From: Phormidesmis sp.
GTDB taxonomy: Bacteria; Cyanobacteriota; Cyanobacteriia; Leptolyngbyales; Leptolyngbyaceae
Length of the DNA: 64,000 bases
NCBI GenBank assembly: GCA_965248535.1
Contig: CBDFJR010000005.1
Coordinates: 1,696,001 to 1,760,000 of the forward strand
Reading direction: 5' to 3'
Under the pieces are notes generated by a model. It saw only the letters and a program-made list of their open reading frames with translations. It ran no database searches and was not told the DNA's origin. This document shows, piece by piece, positions 17,523 to 28,340 of the stretch. Made by a program: the position numbers and the translations under genes. Every line of letters begins with the position of its first letter. The first letter of the stretch is position 1.

Positions 17523-18806
17523 TTAATTAACGTGGTGCTCAGGTAATAAACCCATCCGATCGTAGATGGGCAAAACAGATCGACGCAGCGCCGGAAGCTG
17601 TCGAGAAAAATAGATCGAGGCAGCGATGCAGATCACGCCACTGATCACCAGCGTGTAGGGAGCACCAATGCGACTAGCCAGACTGCCCGCAAACAGATTG
17701 CCAAAGGTCGCCATGCTGACAAACGCGATCGTATACAAGCTCAATACTCGTCCTCGCTTGTCTTCTTCGACGATCGTCTGCAAAATCGTGTTGCTCGAAG
17801 TGGATTGGAGAATTAAGCTGCCGCCCAGCACAAACATCGCCAGCAGCGAGAGCCAAAGCACCTTAGACAAGGCAAAAGCAATCAGAGCCACTCCAAAAGC
17901 GGTGGGCGCGATCGCGATGATTTTTCCTAGACCCACGATCGTGCGGCGCGAACTCAGATAAACCGCAGACACCAAAGCCCCAAAGCCAGACGATGCCATC
18001 AAAAATCCTAAGGTTTGCGGCCCGCCGTGAAGAATGTTGGTGGCAAAAATCGGCGCTAACACGGTGTAGGGCATTCCGACCAAGCTCACCAACGCCATCA
18101 GCAGCAAAATCGCTCGAATCGGCGGAAACCCAAACGCATAGCCAAAGCCCTCTTTGAGCCTGTGCAAAACCGTGTCGGCTGGGTCGAGCAGCGCCATCTT
18201 GCGGGGATGGATTCGCATCGCCAACAGTCCGATAATTACGGCAATGTAGCTCACGCCATCGATTAAAAAGCACGTAGAGGTGCCGACAGCGGCAATCACC
18301 AAGCCCGCGATCGCGGGCCCAATCAACCGCGCCCCGCTAAACAGTGAAGAATTCAGCGCGATCGCATTGCTCAAATTTTCTCGGCGCTCAACCAACTCAA
18401 CCACAAAGGTTTGGCGAGTCGGCATATCGATCGCATTCACGCAGCCCTGAAACACACTCAGGGCAACGATATGCCAAATGTGAATCGTGCCGCTAAAGGC
18501 CAGCGCCGCCAGCACCAATGACTGCATCATCGACAAAATTTGAGTCACGATCAAAATGCGGTGACGATTTAGGCGATCGACCAACACCCCCGCAAACGGA
18601 CTCAGCAAAAAATTGGGCACCTGTTGAGCAAACCCGACCACGCCCAACATCAGTGCTGAATTAGTCAGGCTATAAACCAGCCAGATCACCGCCGTTTGCG
18701 TCATCCAAGTGCCGATCAGAGAGATTCCCTGTCCGGCAAAAAACAGTCGATAGTTGCGAGATGAGAAAGCGCGGAAAACGGGTGTGATTCTCTCCGTGAT
18801 AGTCAT
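17523..18806 (-). CDS. MFS transporter (MFS_3 type)
   Basis: RNYRLFFAGQGISLIGTWM, DMPTRQ, NAIALNS. About 12 TM segments. Confidence 0.92.
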   Translation of the reverse strand: MTITERITPVFRAFSSRNYRLFFAGQGISLIGTWMTQTAVIWLVYSLTNSALMLGVVGFAQQVPNFLLSPFAGVLVDRLNRHRILIVTQILSMMQSLVLAALAFSGTIHIWHIVALSVFQGCVNAIDMPTRQTFVVELVERRENLSNAIALNSSLFSGARLIGPAIAGLVIAAVGTSTCFLIDGVSYIAVIIGLLAMRIHPRKMALLDPADTVLHRLKEGFGYAFGFPPIRAILLLMALVSLVGMPYTVLAPIFATNILHGGPQTLGFLMASSGFGALVSAVYLSSRRTIVGLGKIIAIAPTAFGVALIAFALSKVLWLSLLAMFVLGGSLILQSTSSNTILQTIVEEDKRGRVLSLYTIAFVSMATFGNLFAGSLASRIGAPYTLVISGVICIAASIYFSRQLPALRRSVLPIYDRMGLLPEHHVN

Positions 18807-18897
18807 AGCGATCGCTGCTCAGTAAACATTTAGCAATACTTCAGTGTTCAAGGTCTTCTCCCTGAGCAATACCCTCTGAGGAAGGAGATTGAGCCAG

Positions 18898-18949
18898 AAA
18901 AAAGGGTGAAGATCTATGCGTCTAGCGATCGCGGATCTTCACCCTTTTT
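18898..18949. terminator. Strong hairpin with A/T tails between the HlyD and MFS genes
   Basis: AAAAAGGGTGAAGATC...GATCTTCACCCTTTTT (16-bp stem). Confidence 0.7.
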
Positions 18950-18957
18950 AATCAGAA

Positions 18958-20348
18958 TTACTGCACGGTTACGGTCACTTCGGCAGACATACCTGGCGTG
19001 ATAAACGACTCATAGCCACGAACGCTGTCGGCATCCAGCGTCACCTTAACCGGAACTCGCTGCACAACTTTTGTAAAGTTGCCCGTCGCATTATCGGGAG
19101 GCAAGAGCGCAAACGAAGCTCCCGACGCAGGCGATAAACTCTCAAGATGTCCTTTAAAAATCTTGCCCGGAAACGAGTCTAGCTTGACCTCAGCCACCTG
19201 TCCCGGACGCATTTTTTCTAGCTGCGTCTCTTTAAAGTTAGCCGTTAGCCAATACTGGTTATCGACGATCGCCAGCAGTGGCGTGCCGGGCTGAACCGAC
19301 TGACCAACCTGCACGGTTTTGCGACCCACCCGACCTGCAACCGGAGCCGTGATGTTGGTGTAAGAAAGCTGTAGCGCCGCATTTTTAAGGGCAACTTGTG
19401 CCTGATTAATCGCCGCCTGCGCCGTCTGATAATCGCTGCGGCTAACCGTGGTTTGCACATTTTTAGCCTGCGCTTCTTGCACCCCACCCTGCGAAGAACT
19501 CAACCCAGCTTGCGCCGTCGCCACGCCCTGTTGAGCTTGGGCCAATTTCGCCTGAGCCTGAGTCACGCCTTGATTGGCTGCCGCTTTCTGAGCACTTGCT
19601 ACTGAAAAAGCCTGTTGAGCCGTGTCTAGATCGCGACGAGCGATCGCGCCAGATTGATAAAGATCCTGAAAGCGGCTTAGGTCAGTCTGAGCTTTTTTTA
19701 GGTTGGCATCGGTCTGAGCCACTTGAGCCTGCGCTTGAGGAATGCCCGATTGAGCTTCGGCCACTTGAGCTTGGGCGCTAGCGATCGCTGCCACTGCGCT
19801 GCCGATTCCCCCTTGAGCCTGGGTGTTGGCAGCCTGGGCGTTTTGAGCCGCCAGAGTCAATATTCACCTGAGCCGTGGTTGCCTTGCGCCGAGCCGACTC
19901 TAGATCCGCCTGAGCTTGCTGGAGCTTAATTTGATAATCACGGGGATCAAGTTTGATCAGAGACTGCCCAGCGCTGACGGTCTGGTTATCATCAACTAAC
20001 ACCTGATCAACTGTGCCCGCCAAACGCGAACTGATGGAGTGAATGTTGCCCGTCACCGTCGCGTTGTCGGTCGATTGGTGAGTCGAGGCAAATTGCCAAT
20101 AGTGATAGCCAAAGCCACCCGCCACGATCGCTCCTCCCAAACCTACCCCAGCTAAAATCGCTTTGAGGGGTCTTTTGCGAGGGGCCGCAGGGCGCTTCAG
20201 TTTCAGGAGCCACCGGACGATCGACCACGATCGCAGTTTCGGCAACCGGGGCTTTTTCCAACACGATCGTGGGCAAGTTGGACAGATCAGTGGTCTCTGG
20301 AGTGATTGGTTTATGACCGTTGCTAGTTTGAGTGCGAATGCCTTTCAT
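18958..20348 (-). CDS. HlyD/EmrA-family membrane fusion protein, split by two +1 frameshifts (~20191, ~19860)
   Basis: Three consecutive ORFs give the N-terminus, STDNATV..V.DNQ.V..GQ.L, and FALLPPDNATGNFTKVVQRVPV. Confidence 0.88.
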
Positions 20349-20425
20349 GAGAATGACGTTCCTGGGTTGTAGACGAGGGTTAAAAGGGTTGATCTTAAAA
20401 AGTCGGGAGTTAAAACTTTTACTTA

Positions 20426-20477
20426 GCGCTCTAAATATCTCACTACAAACAGAGTAACATACTCTTATTTAGAGTGC
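20426..20477. promoter_or_regulatory. Nested inverted repeats upstream of the efflux operon (putative repressor operator)
   Basis: GCGCTCTAAATA...TATTTAGAGTGC (11/12) enclosing AGAGTA-ACA-TACTCT. Confidence 0.5.
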
Positions 20478-20655
20478 GTAGTACTTTAGACGGAAATCCC
20501 CCTGACCTTGTAGAGCTTCCCGTATCGGCTCACACAAAGAGTTCCCTCCCACGGCTCAATCTCACTCGACTGGTTCCCCCGATCGGATGACCCCGCTAAT
20601 TTTCTTTACCCATCACAATAAGGAAATGCCGTTACATTATTCTGAAGATTAGGGT

Positions 20656-20785
20656 TATACCCATTTCGGATGCAATTGCGACTGATCGTTCAATCTGACG
20701 GGGCACGGCATGCCATGCCCCTACGCTTTTTGTACGGGCATGGCACTGCCGTGCCCTCGTGCGGATCTGTCGCATTCACAAATCG
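20656..20785. repeat. MITE-like composite repeat with two REP palindromes
   Basis: Outer inverted TGCGACTGATC/GATCTGTCGCA around GGGGCACGGCATGCCATGCCCCTAC and GTACGGGCATGGCACTGCCGTGCCC. Confidence 0.7.
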
Positions 20786-20857
20786 TCACTCCTTAATCAC
20801 CGCTTGAATAATGACCTAAGCAATCTTGTTAAAACATCGCCCCTAGAGACTCAACCA

Positions 20858-22048
20858 ATGGATGGGAATCAAATAGTTCAGCCCGTCAGTGATCTGCAAA
20901 TTCAGCTTCAGCAGCTACAGCAAACGATCGCCTGCTTGCCTCAGACCGAGGAGCAATCAACTCATCTCAATCACCTGTTTCAGAATTTTTTGAGTCGGCT
21001 GCAAAAAATTGAGGCATCAGACCGTTCACCCGGTGAGCAGACCTTAAGAGCAAGCGAAGAAAAATGGCGCGCCCTCAGCGCATGTTCGCCAGTCGGCATT
21101 TTTACCTGCGATGTCAGCGGACACTTTACCTACACCAATCCTCGCTGCCACGAAATCGGCGGCTTCACTCTAGAAGCCAGTCTAGGAGATGGGTTGGCTA
21201 CGGGGATTCATGCTGAAGACCGCGATCGCGTCATCTCTCAGTGGTGTCACCAAGCTCAAACCGGGCAACCCCACGCCGATGAATTTCGCTTGGTCAACCC
21301 TGAAGGCGATGTGCGGTGGGTGCAGGTGAGAACGGCCCCGATCGTCTCTAGCGACGGCACCGTCGCTGGTCACACAGGCACCCTCGAAGACATCACCAAG
21401 CAAAAGCAAGCCGAAGAGCAAATAAAAGCCTCTTTGAGAGAGAAAGAAGCGCTTCTAAAAGAGATTCATCATCGCGTCAAGAACAATTTGCAGATTATTT
21501 CTAGCCTGATTTATCTCCAGGCACAGCGCATCGATGATCCTAGAGTGCGGCAAATCTTTGAAGACAGCCAAAGCCGAATTAGCTCAATGGCCTTAGTTCA
21601 CGATCATCTCTATCGATCGCAGTGTTTATCTAGAATTAATTTGTCAGAATATATTCAAACCCTGACAGCAAGCCTTTTTTATACCTACCGACTTCAGTCT
21701 GATGGGGTGCAGTTAAACGTAGCGGTTGACGATAACGTCTTGGTGAGTTTAGACAGAGCGATTCCCTGTGGTTTAGTGCTGAATGAATTGATGACCAACG
21801 CCCTCAAGCATGGCTTTTCAAACGGCACAACAGGCGAAATTGTCGTCACTTTAAAAAAACCGTTGACTAATCAAATTCAGTTAACCGTTGAAAACGACGG
21901 AAATGATCTACCAGAGCCATTTGAACTCAAAACGATTCAATCAATGGGGTTGCGACTTGTACACGGGCTTGTCAGCCAATTACAAGGGCATTTTGAACTA
22001 GACAAAACCGATAAAACTCGCTTTAAAGTCACGTTTAATGATTTCTGA
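20858..22048 (+). CDS. PAS-domain histidine kinase (HisKA_2 type)
   Basis: PAS/PAC domain, then [35 protein letters not shown]. Confidence 0.92.
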   Translation: MDGNQIVQPVSDLQIQLQQLQQTIACLPQTEEQSTHLNHLFQNFLSRLQKIEASDRSPGEQTLRASEEKWRALSACSPVGIFTCDVSGHFTYTNPRCHEIGGFTLEASLGDGLATGIHAEDRDRVISQWCHQAQTGQPHADEFRLVNPEGDVRWVQVRTAPIVSSDGTVAGHTGTLEDITKQKQAEEQIKASLREKEALLKEIHHRVKNNLQIISSLIYLQAQRIDDPRVRQIFEDSQSRISSMALVHDHLYRSQCLSRINLSEYIQTLTASLFYTYRLQSDGVQLNVAVDDNVLVSLDRAIPCGLVLNELMTNALKHGFSNGTTGEIVVTLKKPLTNQIQLTVENDGNDLPEPFELKTIQSMGLRLVHGLVSQLQGHFELDKTDKTRFKVTFNDF

Positions 22049-22324
22049 ATAGCCCTACAATGCTCTAAGCAGATTAGCGATCGCACCTCTCTAATCTGTT
22101 GTTAATCTCCCCTTAAATACTCTGAGGGGAAGTTTCTATAGGGCTGATGTCATCATGGGTCAGTCTTGATCCTCAATTGCACCTATCGCCTGATTTCACT
22201 GCACGCGCCGAAGTAGTCTGATCACTTCCCAAATTTAGCCCCTCATTTCATTAAATTTAGTGAAATGGGTTAGCTAATCGTGGAATTAAACGGTTAGAAA
22301 CTGCCACACCATAAATCTGCGAGC

Positions 22325-23656
22325 ATGGCAACAATATTAGTGGTTGAGGATGAAAGCGTAGTCGCGTGGCATGTGCAAGAAGCGTTGCATAAGTTAGGCC
22401 ACGAAGTGATTAAAATTGCCACAACGGGCCGAGAGGCGATTCAACTGGCGGCTCAAACCCGACCGCACTTGGTGTTGATGGACATTCGATTACAAGGCGA
22501 TGTAGATGGGGTTGCTGCCGCAGAAAATATCTACTTTCAGTTAGATATCCCTGTGGTTTATCTGACGGCCCATGCTGATGAACAAACGCTGCAACGGGCC
22601 ACCGAAACGTCTCCTTTTGGGTATCTCGTCAAGCCTTTTCAAGAGGCAGAACTGCAAGCAACCATCAAGATCGCGCTCCAACGACACCAATTAGAACAAG
22701 CCCTAAAAGACACGCAGCAGTGGTATGCGACGACATTGATTAGCATTGGAGATGCGACGATCGCCACCGACGTTGATGGTCTGGTCACCTTTATGAATCC
22801 CACCGCCGAAATTCTCACGGGCTGGAACCAAGAGCAGGCCCTCGGAGCATTCATCACGCAGATTTTAGACTTTATAGACGAAAAAACGAGAAAGCCGATC
22901 GAGAATCCTTTATTAGCGGCCATGTGTCAAGGCGACACAGTGACGCTGCCCCAAGGCTCGCTGCTGCGCGCTAGAGACGGCATCGAACGCCCGATCGGAG
23001 ACAGCGCCTCCCCGATCCGCAATCGAGATGGGCTGATCATCGGTGGCGTGATGGTGTTTCAAGATATGAGCGATCGCCGCCGCGTTGAGGCCAATTTACA
23101 GCAGCAAAACCAATGGTTAGCGCACAGTCAAGACCAGTTAACGCTTCAGCTATGCCAGCGCAATGAGCAGCTTCAGCAGGCGATTTCCTGCACGCAATTG
23201 CTGCAACGGGTTTTAGAGCAGTCTCACGAGACGACCGATCGGCTACAAGTGTTGCAACTGACGCTCAAAGAGTTAGGGCAGACCTTAGAGGCAGATTATT
23301 GCTGGGCAACGTTGCACAACAAAGACTCTACGATCGCGACGGTGGTCTGTGATCAGGTGGGTCAAGAAACCGCGCTTCCAGTGGCTCTAGTCGGCAGCCA
23401 GACTGAGCTACAGAGTTTTTCTAGCTTTTATTTGCGGCTGTTTCAGCACCAGTGCTGGGTTGACCCTAGCCCAGACTTGCTGCCACCGATCTATCGATCG
23501 CTGCTCGGCTCAACGACGCAAATGCTGATCTGCCCGATTCAAGCCGAGGGGCGAGTAATTGGAGAAATCGGCCTTGTGGTGCCAGGAAAACCCGTTTGGT
23601 CACGGCTTCAGGCAGAGCTAGTGGCCCAAGTGGTGAGTCAAGCGGCGATCGTGTAG
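22325..23656 (+). CDS. Response regulator receiver + PAS + GAF protein with no output domain
   Basis: ILVVEDE..LVLMDIRL..YLVKPF, PAS (SIGDATIATD..MNPTAE), then a GAF domain ending at the stop. Confidence 0.88.
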   Translation: MATILVVEDESVVAWHVQEALHKLGHEVIKIATTGREAIQLAAQTRPHLVLMDIRLQGDVDGVAAAENIYFQLDIPVVYLTAHADEQTLQRATETSPFGYLVKPFQEAELQATIKIALQRHQLEQALKDTQQWYATTLISIGDATIATDVDGLVTFMNPTAEILTGWNQEQALGAFITQILDFIDEKTRKPIENPLLAAMCQGDTVTLPQGSLLRARDGIERPIGDSASPIRNRDGLIIGGVMVFQDMSDRRRVEANLQQQNQWLAHSQDQLTLQLCQRNEQLQQAISCTQLLQRVLEQSHETTDRLQVLQLTLKELGQTLEADYCWATLHNKDSTIATVVCDQVGQETALPVALVGSQTELQSFSSFYLRLFQHQCWVDPSPDLLPPIYRSLLGSTTQMLICPIQAEGRVIGEIGLVVPGKPVWSRLQAELVAQVVSQAAIV

Positions 23657-23739
23657 CCAGTTCGATGCAATCTTCCACAGCAGTTGTCAGCCGGGAAGCC
23701 CTCACCGAACCGACTTTAAAGAAGATCAGACTGATCTCA

Positions 23740-24912
23740 TTAATATTCTGGCACCGCAGCATCAACCTCTTGGCTCCAGGCAGTGATCCCGCCTTTCACA
23801 TTGGTGCCTTCAATGCCAGCCTCTTTGAGAATGGCCAAGGCTTTTGCTGATCGTCCGCCCAGCTTGCAGTGAGCGATCAGCTTGTGACCTTTGAGCAACT
23901 CTTTGACTTTTGCGACTCCGCTGCCGTTTTCAATATCGGGCAACGGCACCAACACAGAACCCGGAATGCGCGCAATCTCATACTCATTAGGATTTCGCAC
24001 ATCTAGCAGCACATAGTCATTTGTGCCACTGTCGATTAACTGCTTCAACTCTTGCACTGTCATTTCTGCCATGCCTGCACGCTCCTTTTCTTCGGCTGCT
24101 TTTGCTTGCGGAATGCCACAAAACTCTTCATAGTCGATCAGCGTCTCAATCACCGGGCGCACGGGGTTGGGTCGCAGCTTTAGCTCACGAAACTTCATTT
24201 CTAGCGCATTGTATAGCAGCAATCGCCCGCTTAAGGTGTTGCCCTGCCCCAGAATAATCTTGATCGCCTCGGTCGCTTGAATCGTGCCGATAATGCCGCA
24301 CAAAACGCCTAGCACGCCGCCTTCTGCACAGGAGGGCACGAGTCCGGGGGGTGGGGGTTCGGGATACAAGTCGCGATAGTTGGGCCCTCCTTCATAGTTG
24401 AAGACGGTTGCCTGGCCTTCAAATCTAAAGATAGAGCCATAAACGTTGGGTTTGCCCAACAAAACGCAGACATCGTTGACCAAATAGCGAGTCGGGAAGT
24501 TGTCGGTGCCGTCAATCACAAGGTCATAGGGTTCGGCGATCGCCAAAGCATTTTCAGCACTTAGCCGCGTCTCATGGAGATCAACCTGACAGGTCGGATT
24601 GATTTCTAGAATGCGGTGTTTGGCTGATTCGATCTTAGGTTTATCGACCCAAGACACGCCGTGAATAATTTGGCGATGCAAATTAGACATATCTACTACG
24701 TCAAAATCGACGATGCCGATACGCCCGATGCCTGCGGCCGCAAGATAGAGCAACAGGGGTGAGCCAAGTCCGCCTGTGCCGACGCAGAGCACGCTGGCAG
24801 CTTTGAGGCGTTTTTGTCCGTCTAGCCCGACTTCTGGCAAGATGACGTGCCGAGAATAACGAGCGTATTCGTCTTTTGATAACTGGATGTCGTCCAGATT
24901 GGGGTTCAGCAT
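23740..24912 (-). CDS. moeB: Molybdopterin-synthase adenylyltransferase with rhodanese domain (MoeB/MoeZ)
   Basis: RYSRH, VGTGGLGS, SNLHRQ, DGTDNF, PSCAEGGVLG. Rhodanese HCKLGGRS. Confidence 0.95.
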   Translation of the reverse strand: MLNPNLDDIQLSKDEYARYSRHVILPEVGLDGQKRLKAASVLCVGTGGLGSPLLLYLAAAGIGRIGIVDFDVVDMSNLHRQIIHGVSWVDKPKIESAKHRILEINPTCQVDLHETRLSAENALAIAEPYDLVIDGTDNFPTRYLVNDVCVLLGKPNVYGSIFRFEGQATVFNYEGGPNYRDLYPEPPPPGLVPSCAEGGVLGVLCGIIGTIQATEAIKIILGQGNTLSGRLLLYNALEMKFRELKLRPNPVRPVIETLIDYEEFCGIPQAKAAEEKERAGMAEMTVQELKQLIDSGTNDYVLLDVRNPNEYEIARIPGSVLVPLPDIENGSGVAKVKELLKGHKLIAHCKLGGRSAKALAILKEAGIEGTNVKGGITAWSQEVDAAVPEY

Positions 24913-24999
24913 GGCGGTGTGATTAAGACAGGTTCGATCGGAGAGATTTAAACTCAGGCTTCAAACAGGGTAACGGGGAACGGGTTGTTGTGGAACTGA

Positions 25000-25509
25000 T
25001 CACCCATTACCCATGCTCATTCGCTCCCCGCTTTGGGTGGGCATCTCGGCAGCCGACAACTGCAAAATCTTTTCTGGCTGAAACTGATGATGAGCATCTA
25101 AGCGCCAACTACGCCCGTCGATCGTGACTCCTTTTTTAACCGACACAATCACATAGGAGTAGTGTTGCCAGGCAAGCTGACGATCGCACTCTGAGGGCAC
25201 AGCAGGCTGATCGGGGTGGGAGTGATAAATGCCGACAATTTCTAGGTGGCGATCGCGCCCTTCTCGCATGGCGGTGAGCATTGATTGAGGGGCAATCTCA
25301 TAGCGGCGGGTTTTGCCAAACGATTTGACGGGTGCGATCGTGGCTTCAGCACTCCAGGCATTTTCGGTTGGTTTGACGACTACGATCGTGGTGCCTGTGG
25401 AGTCAACCGTTCCCAATAGCAAACCGCAGCACTCTTCTGGGTAGGTGCTTTCGGCATGGGCGGCGATCGTTTGAAGGTGGTGAGCGTCGAGTTTAAGAAC
25501 CACAAGCAA
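25000..25509 (-). CDS. M67 family (JAB/Mov34) metallopeptidase
   Basis: YPEECCGLL and YHSHPD...PS..D JAMM motif. Upstream of moeB. Confidence 0.92.
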   Translation of the reverse strand: MLVVLKLDAHHLQTIAAHAESTYPEECCGLLLGTVDSTGTTIVVVKPTENAWSAEATIAPVKSFGKTRRYEIAPQSMLTAMREGRDRHLEIVGIYHSHPDQPAVPSECDRQLAWQHYSYVIVSVKKGVTIDGRSWRLDAHHQFQPEKILQLSAAEMPTQSGERMSMGNG

Positions 25510-25813
25510 GGCTGGAGATTGAACCAGTCTTCTATTCTATGACACGATCGCGCCAGCAGCGATTACGGAGTTATAAAGAGACCTGCGATCGGGCTTTAAG
25601 TTGGGAAAACAGGCGTTGGCCAAACAGGCTCACGATACCCACTTGGTTGCTGCAATGCTCCTTCACGAGATTCTACAAATCTTGACATTTGACGTTCAAG
25701 ACTTTTAAAGATTTGCCGAGATTGCAGTCATTAATCCAAGACTGCTGTAAGCCGTGTTGAATCTTGTCCTTAACCGCTAAGATCGCACTAAAACTAGCTT
25801 TTTAGCCAAAACC

Positions 25814-26488
25814 ATGAGGCGAGTGGACACGATCGTAGCCGGAGTGCTCTTAGGCATGGGATTGCCGACTAGTTTTGTGTGCATTTGGAATCTGGTTCAG
25901 CCGAGTGATTCTCTCACCGAAGCGGCGCGATCGCTAAACATTGCCGCGCTGATCTTTTATGGAATTTTGCCCATCGCGATCGGCAGTTGGTTTGCCTTCA
26001 ACAGCACTCGTCAACGTCAAAAATCAGAGCGCGATCGCTTGCAGAAAACCTTTTTCAACCTATTGCGCGAAGCGAACGGAACGATTAACGTTTTGCGCTT
26101 TGCAATGGAAGCGAATATCAGTGGTGTCGAAGCAAAAGCTTTTTTAGATGAGCGGGCAAAAGAATTTAATGCTGCGTTTAATGTCAGCGAAGAAGGTCGA
26201 GTTTTCTATTACTTTGATGGCGAGTTAAACTCACCTATTCTCAGCCCGATCGCGAGTGAAGAAACCTACGATGTTGTCTTAGAGTATGTGCCCCCTCGCA
26301 CTCGCCAAGATGTAATGAGCGTGATTCAACACCTCACAGGGTGGGATGAAAAACAGACGAGACAAGTGATTAAAGGCAGTCGCGCTAGCCCGATCACGAT
26401 CGCTGAAAATGTCACAATATCGACGGCTAGACAGTTTCGTCATCAGCTAGAGTCGGTCGGTGCTCGTGTTTTGATTGTGTTGAGATAG
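25814..26488 (+). CDS. Membrane protein with a C-terminal ribosomal L7/L12-CTD-like domain
   Basis: Two N-terminal TM segments. C-terminus YDVVLE...I..LTG......P.TI.ENV....A......LESVGA. Confidence 0.65.
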   Translation: MRRVDTIVAGVLLGMGLPTSFVCIWNLVQPSDSLTEAARSLNIAALIFYGILPIAIGSWFAFNSTRQRQKSERDRLQKTFFNLLREANGTINVLRFAMEANISGVEAKAFLDERAKEFNAAFNVSEEGRVFYYFDGELNSPILSPIASEETYDVVLEYVPPRTRQDVMSVIQHLTGWDEKQTRQVIKGSRASPITIAENVTISTARQFRHQLESVGARVLIVLR

Positions 26489-26502
26489 GGTTAAAAAATT
26501 TT

Positions 26503-26886
26503 ATGATGACGAGACTTTTTTTGACGATCGCGGCTCTACTCGGCGGGTCAGCCGTTGGGTTTGGGGCGTTTGCTGCCCACGCCTTAAAAGAGCGACTGAG
26601 TGAGCGATCGCTAGAGATTTTTGAAACCGCCGCCCGCTATCAGATGTATCACGCACTGGCGCTGCTGTTAGTTGGCGTGTTGATGACGCGATCAACCACA
26701 GAATCGCCCTTTCTAACGGCCTCTGGTTTGGCGTTTATCATCGGCGTTGTGCTTTTTTGCGGCAGTTTGTATGCCCTGAGCTTTTTGGGCATCAAATGGC
26801 TGGGAGCGGTTGCGCCGCTGGGCGGGTTGGCTTTGATAATTGGCTGGGTCTTGATCGCGATCGCCGCTTGGAATTACAAGTTGTGA
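26503..26886 (+). CDS. DUF423 family membrane protein
   Basis: GAFAAHAL, TAARYQMYHALA, FCGSLY, GAVAPLGG. Confidence 0.92.
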   Translation: MMTRLFLTIAALLGGSAVGFGAFAAHALKERLSERSLEIFETAARYQMYHALALLLVGVLMTRSTTESPFLTASGLAFIIGVVLFCGSLYALSFLGIKWLGAVAPLGGLALIIGWVLIAIAAWNYKL

Positions 26887-27377
26887 ATCGCTCCAAACTC
26901 TTCTTAAAACTTAGCATCACTGCGTTCTTGATTTCAATCATTTTGGGGATTGGGGGAATCACGATCGCCGACCTGGGTGAGTTAGTTCACTTCAACTGTC
27001 GCCCTCACCCTGGCAAAGTGATCTGTGAACTCACTAACGAGCCGCTAATAGGCACTCTGAACACCCTTTATCTTGCTAAATCTGACCTAATTAAGACTAA
27101 CGTGCAGACGGAATCGAGCGTTTATGGTGATCCCGTTGCTCGATTGGCCTTAATCACAAAAGCACACGGCGAGATTCCGTTTACCCGCCATGGGTCGAAA
27201 ACTGCCAATGCTCAACTCTTTGCCCAACGTGACCAGATTGACCGATTTATCACGACTCCGCAAGCCAAAATCTTGAGTGCGCGAACCCATCGACCCTGGC
27301 AGCTTTGGGCTTTTTTAGTCGGCTTGGGAATCGTGAGTGGAACGTTTGGGAGAATGCTCTGGTTATCAAAGTCTTAA
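26883..27377 (+). CDS. Hypothetical membrane protein
   Basis: GTG overlaps the DUF423 stop (GTGA). N- and C-terminal TM segments. Confidence 0.65.
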   Translation: MNRSKLFLKLSITAFLISIILGIGGITIADLGELVHFNCRPHPGKVICELTNEPLIGTLNTLYLAKSDLIKTNVQTESSVYGDPVARLALITKAHGEIPFTRHGSKTANAQLFAQRDQIDRFITTPQAKILSARTHRPWQLWAFLVGLGIVSGTFGRMLWLSKS

Positions 27378-27466
27378 TAAAACTAACTCGCCAACGACAA
27401 CGCGAATCAGAAAAATGACTTCAGCCTAAGATTGCTAGAATTAAGTCAAGAAATCAGGAAAAAAGA

Positions 27467-27721
27467 ATGAACCAGATATTAAAAGTTTTGAGTGCAATCT
27501 CTCCTCAACATCGACATCAGATCTTAGAGGAAGCTCGGCAGCAAAGGAGTGTCAATTCCACGTTGTTCAAGCCAGATGGTTCTGCTCGTTCTTGCTCAAC
27601 CTGCTCTTATCTCATGCTCGGAGTCAAATTCGGTGAGCCAAATACTTGCAATGCCTTCCATCGTCCGACCGATAACCTTTGTGTCTCGATCGAGTGTCCC
27701 GACTGGGAGTTAAAAGGGTGA
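27467..27721 (+). CDS. Small Cys-rich hypothetical protein
   Basis: ATG preceded by a purine-rich tract (AGGAAAAAGA). CxxC plus three further Cys. Confidence 0.45.
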   Translation: MNQILKVLSAISPQHRHQILEEARQQRSVNSTLFKPDGSARSCSTCSYLMLGVKFGEPNTCNAFHRPTDNLCVSIECPDWELKG

Positions 27722-27791
27722 CGAGATTTAAGAGGGGTGAGCCGCAAACGATGGGAGGGTCGCACCTTTACGACACTGACTAATCTTGCTA

Positions 27792-28340
27792 TCAAACTGG
27801 TTTAAACTTCGACATAAACTGTATCCATGAGTTCACCTTGCCACCCGTAATATTTAGAATTGGAATGCTGTAAGTTTTAGAAGGACAGGCTCTGCCTCCA
27901 CGAGAACACTCAACCGTTGTAGTTTCTGCTTTTCCAGATCCGTAGGCGATCGCGATATCGTTGGCTAAATCACAGCTAATCTCAAAAGTGCCAATACGTG
28001 TACGACCTCCTCCATTTTTGTCATAAATCCAGTTGTAGCCTGTTCGCTGCGGCTCCGTCTGGCAAAGGTGCTGAGTAACTTCAAACATCTTGGCAACATG
28101 GACATCATAAAGTTTGAGTTTCCCGCCATAGGCTGGACGACTAACATCTTTATCTGGCACATCTAAGAAAAAGGTTTCGCTGTCTGACCAGTGAATCGTC
28201 ATCGGAAGCTCGGTATTTTGTGCTACCGTCTGTTGGCTGAAACCAGCAAGCGAGATTATTGTTCCCATAACAACTAAGCCAAACAGATTACTCAAATTTG
28301 CCTTAGTTGACCCCGATCGAGTTTCAGATTTGTTGGACAT
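27792..28340 (-). CDS. Hypothetical secreted protein
   Basis: Hydrophobic signal-like N-terminus ending TVA-Q. 182 aa with 4 Cys. Confidence 0.65.
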   Translation of the reverse strand: MSNKSETRSGSTKANLSNLFGLVVMGTIISLAGFSQQTVAQNTELPMTIHWSDSETFFLDVPDKDVSRPAYGGKLKLYDVHVAKMFEVTQHLCQTEPQRTGYNWIYDKNGGGRTRIGTFEISCDLANDIAIAYGSGKAETTTVECSRGGRACPSKTYSIPILNITGGKVNSWIQFMSKFKPV

